Below, piece after piece: positions 1-13,722 of a DNA stretch of 64,000 nt. The DNA lies in the NCBI GenBank assembly GCA_051362555.1, contig CM120646.1:16988001-17052000 (forward strand). The letters run 5' to 3'. The notes beneath the pieces are model-generated. The model was not told where the DNA came from and searched no databases. It was given only the letters and a program-made list of their open reading frames with translations. The translations under genes and the position numbers were made by a program. This DNA is from Lingula anatina. Lineage: Eukaryota; Animalia; Brachiopoda. The first letter of the stretch is position 1. Each line of letters begins with the position of its first letter.

Positions 1-3000
1 AACAGTTAACATAAACTGATCCTGGCATAACCGAGCTATTTCGAACAATAAATAATCTAAAGGATTTTTCAATTTTAATTTATTTATTTCATAAATTAAA
101 AAGATCTAAACATTCTACCTTTATTCTTATTTTTTATAAATACTTGCATTAATCAGATAATGCATTTCTAATCTCCGTCCATTTCCTGCACCAGTAGCAC
201 ACATTTATGATCACAGATCTTGAACTCTGATGGACCTTTATAATACTCCCGCTCCATCTGTACCAGTCACCCCCTTAAGTCTTAAACCAAGTTAAAGAAT
301 TGATGGCCATAGAAGCACCCCTATTCAAGCATTAATGTCTGTGTTAATGTTCTGGGAATACATGTAGCATGTTAAGTCAATATTATAGCTTGATCATTAT
401 TTATGGATTATGTTGACATTAAATGATGTCAGTGTGACATTAACTGCTAATTTAATTGACAAAGTATCTGTAAGGAATAGAGGCAGAAATTTCACAGGCC
501 AGTGTCCGTCTATAAACAGTATGCATTTATGGAAAGTAAGATTTTCTGTATCACTATAAATTCTTGATTTTCTGGCACACATAATGGTTATGCCTACTAG
601 TATGTTTCTTTAAAATAATCAATCTCTTTAGAATCTTCCTTCATTTCTATACATGCACAAAATTAATCAGCATTTTCTAAGTACTGAGTACTGCAAAAAC
701 TGAACCATTACTTTAATAAATAAAAAAATAATGCTCAGAGTTTCCATTTCTGATCAAAATACAGCAATATATAAAGTCTCGTTTGATCTTCTCCCTGGCA
801 TACCATTGGGAAATATGAGTCAAAACAAAGGAAAATACTTCAAACACAATTCTCAGAATAACAAACCTTACTGATAAATGCAGCTAGAGTGAGCAATACT
901 GTACTGATAAGAAAATGTTTTGAAGTAACTGAAGTTGGTACTAGTAAGTGATCTAACTGAGTCAGATTTGTTCAAATAATCTAAATTCTGCCAGATGCAG
1001 TTTTCTCACACTCCATCTTACACTGAATTTAAATGTAACTCGGACACTAATTCAGAATGACATTTATTAAATTTTACCATTCTCAAAATTATTTTAAGTG
1101 TTTCCAAAGAGAAAAGAAAAACTGTGATATTTCCAATCATTTCCTGGTATTGTTTCACCTTCACTGAATGAACTTCATAAGACCATTCTCTGACTTGGAT
1201 CTATCTAATCCACATAGATCTGATCCTGTAATAAAAGATAACAAGACATATCTGGAAACTAGTACTAGTAGTTGGGTTTACAGTAAGGTTGGCTTGATGT
1301 ATTTTAACACAACCTATCAGCTATGTTCGATCAGCTCACCACAAGCGTCATACCCAATCCCTCTCTTGTCCCACTGAAGTCCTATGTCACCAGATTAGCT
1401 TGGTTTACTGTGGTGACCAAACCGTAATGAGCCAGCCTGCCGAGTTGGGTTGTTTTAAGTCATGTCTACCTATCTCCATTGAGAACATGCCTTAATTCTG
1501 TCTGGTTTCAAACTGGATCAAACCATGACTTTCATCACCAGCGATGCAATGGAATCTTCCAACGATTGATTTACAGTCTGTATAATACATGAAGACTGGT
1601 AACAACTTGCAACAACCAGTTCTAACACTGTTGCAACCAGCAGTATCACCAAATATTACACACCAGATTATATCCAAGCCCTAACCTTAATACAGAATAT
1701 ATACTGCATCTTCTTTCAGGTCACAAGAACTGGAGTATTCCTAACTGCATGAAGTCTGGCTGACATGATGTATTACTGATAAGCCTCCAGCCCTCCAGGA
1801 CCAAGTTTACTGAACTAGCATTTTTTTCAGACTAGATGTTAAGTAACATATAGTACTATTAGTGTCATTTCCAAGTGCATTATAAAATATTTCTAAAAAT
1901 CTAAAAATTTACCTAAATATTTTAGCAAGAGAAGGCCAGAACATACAATATCTCAAAAGGGGGAGGGGGGGTTCTAAAAAAAAAAAGAACCCTTTAACCC
2001 ATGTAGTTGACATAACTTGAGAAATGGTTTAGAACCTTGATCAAATTTTGATTCAGAGTGGACCTTTTCTGGCCAAGAGAGTGGTTCTTTTGACCCCTCC
2101 CCCTCCCCCCCCCCCCCCCACCACCAACCCCACCCCCACCATCTACAGATATGCTTAAACCATATGCTAAAAATTTTCCATTTTCCCTACAGACTGACAG
2201 TCAACATCCTTCCTGTAGTACAGCAAAGTTTTGACCGGAAACTTGCACTGAGTAAACTATGTTGTTTACCAACATCTTATAATCTCATAACACCTGAGCT
2301 GCCTTAGTACAAGATCTCAGAGGACTAGCAACAAGGCAAGATCTTACATACAAACAAACTGTCTGAAATAGGCTATAATGAAAGAAATAAAACTTTTCTG
2401 TTCTGTTATATAGTATAATGAGCAATGTAACAAGATGGTACTCATTCCCAAGTAGGGTTTTTAAATACATTAATTTCCAGCATCATATACAAGCAGTATG
2501 GAATAATATGGAACTATACGTTTCTAGTCTGACTAACCAACATTAAGTGCAGATTGGCTATAAATATTCTCATTTGCAGGACTTATTTTTTAGCATCCAA
2601 GTTTTCATATATGTCTCCTTCAGAATACACATTTGACAATTTACTTTACTGTTTACAAATAGACGAGTAGGGTGCTTATATTCACTACAGAGTAACAACA
2701 TTTGTTATTAATATAATATACAGAATTTTATATGTACCAAATCAAGAAACTAGAATTATTTCTATATCACTGGAGAATCCATCAAAAGGAAATCTCAGCA
2801 CCACTATGGTCTCAAATATTAAAAACAAAACTTACCTGAGAATCAAAATGGTTCCAGTCCAATTTAAAGCCCAGCAACAAGTAAAGCATTCCCATACCTA
2901 TACGTCTATATGCAGCGCACAGTCTTACTAGTAAGTATGTATGACCTGCAGTGGCAAGTCTTATTAGTCACCCTAAGGTGGTCTTACGGCTGATTACACT

Positions 3001-5736
3001 GGTCAAATACAGGGCCCACCTTTCTCTCTTGGCCTAGCTCTATGGCAGCTCTATGCCACTTACAACCTAAACATCAACAACACAAACCTACAGTACGAGG
3101 CATGCTTGAAGGACCATTGCTTTAACTTGTATTACGATGTATGAATGGACATGTACTACTAACTTTAAAGGCTGGGATGGGTGGGGGAGAAATGAGAGAT
3201 GTGGGATCAAAACAGCAATGTGTGTAACAAGTTTTACCTGTCTGCTATTGGAACCTGAGTTTGTGTTCATTCCCACTGCAACTCTCATTCTCCATAGATC
3301 GATCCAACTCCGTTGGGACTCTTGCTGAATGCAATTAGATTAACAGATCAATAACAGATTAACATGCCTCCTCTTGTTCCCAACATACTAGTACTGATAT
3401 AATCAAGAGCTTTTCTGTATTTCTACTCAATGCCAAGAGGAGGAGCATTAATTTGTCAATCAGATTGCATTCAGCAAGAATGGATTGATCTAAGTAGAAT
3501 GATAGCTTCATTGGGAACAAACCCTAAGAGAGTGGGAGTATATCTTTGTGTATCACATATGATATCAGAGCACTATCATGAAGCTCTTAAAGATTATTGT
3601 AATTCCATCACATTGGTTATTTCAATAATTAAGTACCTAACATTGATCATATTTCCTTTGTACCCTATCTGGAAACATAATTGATAGAGTACATTATATT
3701 CAATACAATAACAAAATATAATGCAGTAAACTAAGAAACAAAGTTGGCCCATTATTCTTGGTAAGTTTTGCATCATATTGATCAATCTTGAATAATAAAT
3801 CATATTATACCCAAAATAGTAATACGTCATACCTCATACATGAAATCCTCCAAATTGATGACTTGAACCAGAAAATCAGATCTGGTTTAGCGCCACAATT
3901 TTTTGAATGAGAGTTTGGGAGCCTAGGTATGATATTACTGGCAGTGTAATATGATCATAATCACAACAGGATAACCTTAGACGCGTCATAATACAGTGTT
4001 AAATATTGATCAACCGCAAGGAGATCTGATAGGGTAAATTTGTACAAACCTGAATAATGAAAGGGGATCTGTCACTGAATGTTCTTTTTTTTGACAAAGA
4101 TACATCGTTTAAGAAAATAAGGAAGGGCTTATGAATGAGTCCCTGTGTGAAAATGTTCTTTTAGGTCATGGGTGCATGTAATTTGATAAAGTTTGTACAG
4201 TCTGGCTTGTGAATGGGGCACTGAATATCAATGATTATTTATCAATGGGTATGTTATTACAGAAAGTTATCTAAAATTTTTACTGAATGAAATTTAGGAG
4301 TTAATTAATTGATCCTTACACTTAATATGAGCATCAAGTGACAGTATTCTACAAAGATGATAAAAGAAATTTTTACGTAACAGCAGGTTTTTCCAGTTTA
4401 AAAACAAGTCTCATTTTTGAAGACTAGGCATTTAACTGGCTTACATGAAGATAAAAAAAAAATTGGCTTTATTGTATAAAACAAAGAATAAGGTGGCACC
4501 AAATTCCATCACAATGTCTTAAATCGTGTACTCCCCAGAGAGCCTAATGTCCCCACACATTAAAAAGACACTCAGCTTCATCAACAAAATGCCCAGAATA
4601 CATTGAAGAGTTCGGTGCAGTTGGGCCACTTTCCATCCCTGTCCTTGGTGTTTACAACCCAGCTCGTAGTCTGCAACCTGATTCAATGTTCTACATGCTA
4701 TATCCCTATATGATACAGCATGATAGTTGTTGAAGATTGAGTACAGGGTGATGACCTTAGACTAAAACAATGTGCCTTTATCTCCACTGATTGTTATAAT
4801 ACCTGTACAGACTGTGCTATCCTTGTGTCTTGTAAACCTCACTCAGGACACTCGCACAAAAAGACCAGCAAGACTCTTCAAACTGATATGGTGTGAGTGT
4901 CCTCCTCACGTGCTTGCATATATGTGTTCTAATGCCTGTGCAATCTAAGTACTAGTACATGTACCTTTGCATATGTACACAGGTTTTATATTTTCACAGT
5001 TTTTGTAGATTGTAAAAAAAAAAAAAAAATCACAGAAATTAAGAACCAAGTTGAAACACACATGCTGATGTCAAGTCCAAGTATCAGGTCCACCAAAAAT
5101 AAACAGTATGGCTGTGATGTCAAAACCAGTCAATTTGATTTCCAATGACTCATATAAACAAACATTTGCAACTCCGCCAACAATGCATCACAAAAAAACA
5201 TGAGCTGTCAGTTCACTTTAAAATATATACTCTAACAGGAAATCTATTCACTTACTAGTACTCAAAACGCATCAATTAAGATTTGACCTCCTCCTGCGCC
5301 CCCCCCTCCCCGCCCTGAAAAAGGGAATGAGTAAAATCTTTAAATTATATTTTACACTTAGCAAGAACATCAAGCACTCTCTCTCCCCCATGTCCTTAAC
5401 AGTCAAACACAAGTATACATAAATATTACCAAAATGGTTGAACCTTATGGCATTTCCCTGTTAAATTCTAAAGAGATTTCAATACAACTATTCACAAACT
5501 TAGTGCGGAAATACAAGGGGTTGAATTACCTCCTCTATTCACCACAAATATTGACAAATTGGTTCATTTTCATTCAAATTAGGAACTTATTATTTACTTT
5601 TCACATAAGGAATTGACTCATGAAGCGGAACAACGCGACTGGGGCATAACATTTAATGGTTTGGCAGGTTCTTGTCATGATTTTCATCTTAACAGCATGA
5701 GAAACATTCACTGGTTATTATAATGAAACTGATGTG

Positions 5737-5767
<31 letters not shown>

Positions 5768-5894
5768 TTTTTTTGTGGGTGTGTGAAAGAGAAAGAGAAA
5801 GATAGGCAAAGGTATAATCTTGTGATATCAAATTTTACAGGAATCAATTTCCTTGATAATCAGATATTATTAAAAAGTTCACAAATTCAAATAC

Positions 5895-5897
<3 letters not shown>

Positions 5898-5926
<29 letters not shown>
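5898..5926. repeat. (GA)n microsatellite; (TG)n/poly-T run nearby at ~5733-5774
   Basis: Directly visible. Confidence 0.9.
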
Positions 5927-5932
<6 letters not shown>

Positions 5933-5964
5933 TGAGAGAAACAGATTCCAATAGCACAACCTAA

Positions 5965-6544
5965 AGGCCCAGTCACAATGTTGGCGATCTGTCGGGGATT
6001 AGTTTTGGCCGGGGGTCGTCGTAGAAAATAAGAATCCTTGAACAATCCTTGCAATAATCCTAATAAAAGTGGAGCAGTCACATTGTCTGAGATTTTTTCA
6101 ATGATTTTGACCCGGTTTTGTCGAAAAATCGTGGGATTAGCCTCCGATCGCCTCCGATTGCATCGGAGGCGATCGGAGACGATATCTGCGAGCGTCTTTT
6201 CTTGTAATTTTTTTCCCCCTGGGTATATGTGTATATATCTTGCGACTAGTCTCAGATTATTCCGAGGACGCCTCCGATTAATCGGAGGGCATCGTAGGTC
6301 ATCGGAGATTGTGTCTGGGATGCCCAAAATGGGTGAAAAATCTTGCGAGCAATCTTAAAATCTTAAGTTCAAAGTTGGGGACCGCGACGGGTGTGGCGAT
6401 GTCTAAAAAATCTGCGACAACCCGCAGGCGTCCGGAGAGCGCCTCCGACGGGTGCAAAATCGTGAGATCTCTCTCAAGATTTTGTTCAAATTTCCCGGGT
6501 TTTACCCATCCCCGACGCATCGGAACTGATTTGTGACTGGGCCT
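5965..6544. mobile_element. PIF/Harbinger-type MITE, GC-rich, ~580 bp
   Basis: TIRs AGGCCCAGTCACAA...TTGTGACTGGGCCT with TAA on both sides (5962-5964, 6545-6547). Internal repeats such as cgcctccga/tcggaggcg. GC-rich island in an AT-rich background. Confidence 0.85.
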
Positions 6545-9500
6545 TAAGGATACTACTGCTAAATTTCAGCAATCAATACTATAACTGAATACTCAGCCCT
6601 CTTATTATCATGCTCAATTGGCCAACTGGTTTTGTTGTCATTTTTCATTACACACATGGTAACTCAAAATTCCCTTGTATACAAAGCATGAACCACATCT
6701 ATACTAGTATGGTGATAACCAATTCTTCCCTGTTAGCATGAAAATACACATGCAAGAACCCTTTAATATTTTGATGGAAATTCATCTATGTAGTCTTCTG
6801 ATTATGTTATGCACTTGAGCTTTAGAAATTCAAAAGTTTAAGCTTGTAACATATTGCAAGAAACCCTAATGCAAAGCTGGACCCTGTTTTCCTGCACTGT
6901 ACCTCTTGCACTGTAGACCAAAATTTGTAGTTTAATTTCACTCAGGATATATCAGTAGAAGTCATGAAAGAAAATATTTGGCTCATGTACCAAAATAAGG
7001 GAAAAGTGGCTAATGTTTGACACAAACCATCGCTTTATCAAGGTTGGCTAATATTGATTTCTACAGGACCAAAGTATACTAAAATTCTGCTTTCCAAGTT
7101 TCAACCAAGTTCATTTGTATCTTGAGGCTCAGATTTTAAGTACTAAAGACCATTCTATCTAGTCTTGGCCTGTGCCACCAAAGAAGACCGGGAGCCAACA
7201 GGGTCATATAATGACGCAAGTTAGACCTCTTTCCAATCTAAAGTCGTCACGTGTGAACTCGGCTTAATATCCCTCTTTATGAGATTTATCAGATTATTGT
7301 CAGTGACTGACATCAGTAAGTGCTGCTTTATCTGAGCGACATTTCTCTCCGAGCCTGTCTATCACAAACGGAATGATACGTTGTGTTGGTTTGTGTAAGA
7401 GGGAAGATAAGAGGGCTATTAAACCAACCACTGACTGGAAATCAACGCCACACACTGGGTGGTGAAAAAAATACTACTATACTATGTCTGGCAATGCGCC
7501 CTAGGGAACCTCCTGATCGCAGGGAAATAAATATTGATCTCGAAAAAAACAAAAATACATGTATGGGAAAAGTAAGTGCTTCTGTATATACACAAAACAC
7601 AGATGTCGAGCTGACAAAGATGAAAAAGAGAAATCCCCCTAAGACTTAACTAGATCTGTCTGTTTACTAGTAGTTCATTACATAAACATCAAACAACACA
7701 ACCAAGGAAAAAACAAGGAAAAAATGTAGTTGTACATTTATGCAATGCTCTTACCGTGATACAATAATGTCACAGAGAAAATGGCTATAACTTGAAGCTG
7801 AAATGAAGGAATCGTCTGGGAAAAATAATGGGCATTGTTTTGCTGAAACAATACCATTAATTAAATTGTATTGATCCCTAGTGCTTGGAATGACAGCTGC
7901 CCTGCACGAGTACAGATGCAATATTGAATCACAATTATCAAACACAAGTCGAAATACTTTCATACCAGTAGCTTACAGTCAACCTGGACTAGGCTTTCAT
8001 CAGACTGACGATGAAAAATAAACAGTATGAAAGTATTTTGACTTGTATTTTATCATAAATGATCCAACTATAGATTAAGCTAATGAACATTTTTGCTCAT
8101 TCACCAATTCCTTTATCACATTTCAAATTTAATTGCTTTTGGCTATATTACTTACAAAAACAAACTTTCTAAATATCTCTCTTTTGTCAAACCTTTCAGA
8201 CATTATCAAGAATAATTAACATGGCATTATTTTGGAAAATACAGAGAATGAGCTTTGCATTATCACATAATATCATGCAAAAACTTATGTAATTACTAGG
8301 ACTGCAACAGTGTCTTGGAAGAGGCTAACATTAAATGTACATACTAAATGGTCATTTCTGGGAATGACGTATTGAGTACAACAAGCAGATGGTCAAGACA
8401 GCACAGGTGATCAATGGTCAGTAGCAGTTATTCCCAATGGTCAACTAAATCTCTCCTTATCATTCATGTTTGCACCTGTCTTCACCTTTACAACTCCCAT
8501 CATGTTGACGAGAGCTTATGACACCACTTCGAATGCAATAAAATTAATACCTGTCACAACATCGTTATCTGATGGCTTAATTTTGTGAGTTAAGTAACTG
8601 CATTCCATGATCGCATGATTCCATATCTATCACATGTCTATTGGGTCAGTTCAGTTTATCCTTGCCTTAATTTCTAATGAAACAATGTTAAAACACTTTT
8701 TGCGCATTTCAAATGAATATAACTAGTGAAAAGGAAGAAACTGCTTTAAAATGTATAGGGTTTTCTTTAATTTAAAATCAATAAAAATGAAAGTTAAAAT
8801 AAAATGTAATGATAGTAAATAAGTCATGAATTCTTTTTTTCCCATGGAAATCCCACAAAACCAAGGTGAAGCCTGTTGTTATTGAACATAAATTGAAAAA
8901 AAACTGTCATCATATAAGTGCAAAACCATTTACTTGATAACCAGTGGTGTGTAACTGGAGCTGAATGACTCAAATCAACATCAACAACTTTAATAAATGA
9001 CTTTTTAAGAACATCTCAGGTTGGGCTGAACTCCTTGTTAAAGCAGTCTTATCTTTGCAAAGTTCGCAATCCTCATAACACACAATTCACAAGCAGCAAA
9101 TAATGTTTCAAATATGTTTCTATTATTTTCCCTCATAAGAAAGAAAAAGGAGTATTTCCCGGCCAAAATTAAATCTCAATTTAAGGAAGACCATATTATT
9201 CTTATTCTATGTCCACAAATTGTACTTGAAAAATATGTTAATTGTAGCAACTTTGGCAACACAGCAGGCTCTACCAAAGGGGTTGGTATGTAGGCTTTCT
9301 TTCCAACAACAACATTAGCAATGGCTTTTAGAACATCAAAGTTGACACACTAAATACTTGAGTAAAACTCGGCTTCTTAAAGACAGCTGATAAAGTGAAG
9401 TAGGTACGTCCTTTAACCTTATGGTGTTTCATATAACCTATAATTACAGGTATGCAGCATCATTCAGTTAACTCAGATAACCTTATCCATCACAAGCACA

Positions 9501-12500
9501 CCATGTTATCAGCACACTCGACTACAGCCTGTCATCCTCTCCATTAAATGATCATATATAAAGGATTGTATAGACTTACAGTCTTCGATTTCTAAAACAA
9601 ACCTGTATATATAAGCAAGGGTCACACAATACTGAATGGTTTTATATTGAAAAACTGCAGAATAATTTTGAAAGAAATTAATGTTGCAGCACCAACCATA
9701 ATTTTAATCCTGAGGCATGATTCAACACAGGTTTTAACTACATCAGCCCAATTATTTCAATAGACCTCTTTGATTTTCACTTACATATTTACTCATATAC
9801 ATATCCCTTGTTTATATTCTTAGCTGAAACTTTCTTGGTGAAACAACATGTTGTTGACATAAACAACAAACATAAATATACTTACTAGTACTAGAACATG
9901 TGCTACATAGCACACCTTTTGGGAGTCCACAGTGAACTCTCATGAACAAAAACTCCTATGATTTACAGAGAATTACAAAGAATTCCAACAATTGCATTTC
10001 ATCTGGAGTTCAAAGTCACCCCCACCCCCACCAGTACAGAATTTATCTGGCACCCTGTACTTGTACTAGTGCATATCAATCTACACCCATGAGTCTCCGT
10101 GCAATAACCCAGAGGCACAAACTGGCCCATACACACTTCCACTGATGCAATGTCAACAGCCAGGTAAGTCTCCTGTGTCAACTTAGTTTACATAATGTAG
10201 CTGCAGACAAACTAACTTAATGCTTACCATTCACCTTTCCCAAGACCCCTGTGTATGCCGTAGTAGCATAGGGAGTGAAGGATGGAGACTTTATTGCAGA
10301 ACGATGGTGAAGGTGGGGTAGGATTTTGTGCAAGTGCCCCCTTCCATTTTTCCCATTATTTTATCTAATGCATGCATTTTACTCATCTTTTTTTTGTGTG
10401 TGTGTCATGTTTGTCTTTTAAGTCTAATCGAATAAATTTAATGTAATGATTGGCTTACAAAAATATGCCAAAATCTCTCTATTCAAGCCAGAATGACACA
10501 TGTATATAAAAAAACCTTAACACCCTAAAGCTTTCTACTTCCAAACACTACTATAACCAAGAAATGTGTTTCTCATGATCGCCTATCAGTAACATTAAAA
10601 AAAACTAAAATAATTAAAATGACTTAAACCTGGAAACCATTTCATTTACCAAAATTTAATCAATCTTTCTCCTAGCAGACTATCAGGTATTTGTACCCTT
10701 GCTATTTTGATTAGCCAGCTGCAGTTTGAATGGCAGCAAGCATGTCAAGGATCACTGCACCAAATATTATCATCTCCTACAGGTTACTCCATGCAGTTAT
10801 CTATTCTTGCAGGGACAATAAAGCACAGGAAGTGCAGGACCCGTCTGAAATTCAAGTACCATCCAAAAAGTCATATTCTGTCATTTGAGAGGCTGCAAAC
10901 ATTAGAAGGCACAAAGATTTGATTGCTAATACTGGTTACCCACAACATTATGGTGAGGGGTGCAAAGTAATATATAGAGCTAAACAGGGGAAACATAAAA
11001 GAGAAATGTGTACATTTTAAGTGATTAGCATATAAAATCATCTTGCTTTGACTCAGTCATGGTGGTACATAGCACTGTCTTCAAGGTAATGTGGTAATGA
11101 CTCGATATTTTCAATGCGGGAAAACTATCACGCCTTCAGATAATCAATTCTTTGCTGTCCTTTTACTACAAAGAAATGAACTACAGGGTAGCCTGCTTTT
11201 CAATTTTATTCCTACCACTCAATAAGAGTTTATTATTTAAAAAGGTGCATTATCTGTGAAATTCAGAATTTTCCCCACTGAATAGATTGAGTCATTACCA
11301 TATATACCTGTTTATACACACAAACAGGTTGAATACCAAGCCGACCAAACTTCATATCCTTCTCACAATTTAGAAAGTGGTGTACGATATAAAATGTTAA
11401 GCAATGTAAATCATTCTTTACTTTGTCTTTAGGTGCATTCACAATGATATTATCATACTAGGTAATTCAAACTAACTCCTCGGGGACACTCACTGAATGC
11501 AATCAAATGAACAGATAAAACCTCCTCCTGGCATTGAGTAGAATACAGTACATGTACAGCTAATGATGATACAAGTACTTTGGAAACAAAAGGCATCTTA
11601 TTTCTTTATTATATAAATTCCAATTTCAAATCTATCTTCAATAGAGATAATACAAAAAATATGGAATGTTTCCTTATTAAACAAACCACATGCATTTCAA
11701 CTTGATATTTAGAATAAAAAGCTGTAAAGTATGTATACAGTACAGTACGTATCAGTCCTCTACTATGAGATTATAGAAACAGAACTCTGAAGAATTACTA
11801 TAATCCTAATTGATGAATATGAAGTCATTAATCTTTTTAATGTTTTGTTCCTCTCTGTGATTTACATTTGTCCATAGTGAAATAAACTGGGGTATTCAAT
11901 TATTTACTGTATTAATTTGAGTAGCGCTATTATGCAGATAATATTAATTATCAAAGTAACGAGAAAACCATGCACTTATAGTAGTTTACGCAGCATATTG
12001 GCAACAACCAGTAATTTTAAAAACAGAAGCTAGCTTTTAAATCGCATCGATGACATCTCTTTCGCAACTGTTTTGCTGACCTGGGCAACCCTCAGTGTTA
12101 ATCCTGCTTCAATTTCTAGTGTCGGCTTGCAACTTGCAAAGATGGTAATTTTTAGCACTGCATGATATCTACTGAAGACAATTTAGCATGTAAAAATGTG
12201 GTTGATGTACTCACCTCTGTCACTTTGTGGCTGCTCCACAAAATACCAGAGAAATCCCAAACTGCAGTATTTTCCCTCCGCACAATTTTTGTTTTGCATC
12301 AACTTGGTGAAAGTTACAACCACCTGTAAAGCGTAGTCTCGTTTTGAAGTGACCTATAAATAATTTCCCAAGACAAGCTTATACACTGTGCTTGATTTCT
12401 GCGGTACAATGACAGGCAGGGCTTGCAGTGTGATAGTTGGGATAGTATTACAATCTTTCCACTACTGCAACCTCTCTAACATTGCAGTCACAAGCAAACA

Positions 12501-13722
12501 CAACAACAAACAGTTTTCAATATTCAATTGAACATTTGTAAAATACTAACCCCTGTCTTTTTAAGCCAAAATATATATTTTTAACAAAATGTTTAGTAAA
12601 ACCTGGTTAACTTTCTCATGAGCGCCTGATAAAACTTCTGTCGGGATGTTAGTCACCAGTTATTTAGAAAGGACCCATCTATTTCAGCCCATAACTATTT
12701 CTACTAATTAGACTCATTATTACTATACAGTATAGTTTACAGCAAAAAGGCAGATTTCCCATCATAAAAAGGCATAATTTGACTGCTAGTGAAACATTAT
12801 TTTCAGAGGATAATTTTCTTAAATTTAAAAATGAAAGTATATAAATACAGAAATTATTATGTTTGATACTTCTGTATTTGCAAATTTTTACAAAAAGACT
12901 CTCAAAAATTGCAAAGTAAAACAAAAATCAGTTTAGCATTCATAGGGACTGATGTGCCGGAAGGCGACTGTACGGACAGTCAATGATAAGGATATTTTTT
13001 AAAATACTAATAGACTCAGTGTCTAGTATAGGGAAAAAATTTAATGTAACCTGTTATTTTTTTACCTTTATTGCTAACTGCATTAAGATTAATTTTTTCT
13101 CTTAATTAGCATATGCATTCCTTCTTTTTTTTTTTCTTTTAAAAACAAGATTTTAAATAAAACTGTCTTCATTTACATATAATTTTATTTCCAGATTCAA
13201 ACTAAATAACAAATAAACATTCGATTTAGTGAATCACAGTTCAGTCAACAGAATACACCTTTTGTTAAGTGTTAAATAACAAAACACTGTTCAAAGACAT
13301 TTTTCTCTTTCCTGTGAGGACGACCCCATGAGACATGCATGAGACATGCCATAAAAACCATCTTTTAGGCGTTCACACCACAACACCATGGTCATCTCTG
13401 GCTAAAACTGGCAGGGCTCAGCAGTAATGTTGGTCACTCACAGTCTTTTAACTGGTAATTCCATTGTTTCAAATGTATTCTAAAACTTACAAGAATAAAT
13501 ATACAGCACATACGGTGAAAAGGCACACTTCTGTGGCCTTTTAAAGAGCTGATACACCTGTATCTCCTGTGATATAAAATTATTGGTGATCCAAGTACCA
13601 ACAATATATATATCCTTGGTTGTTACATGCATGTTACATATGTATCTTGCTATCTGGGTTCTTTCTGCTGGCCAAATACTGATAGGTTAAGTTGATGCAC
13701 ATGGCATTGCGTGACAGCTCCC

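Noticed and set aside
5887-6536. Overlapping 73-146-aa ORFs
   Set aside because: Artefacts of a GC-rich MITE and a GA microsatellite.
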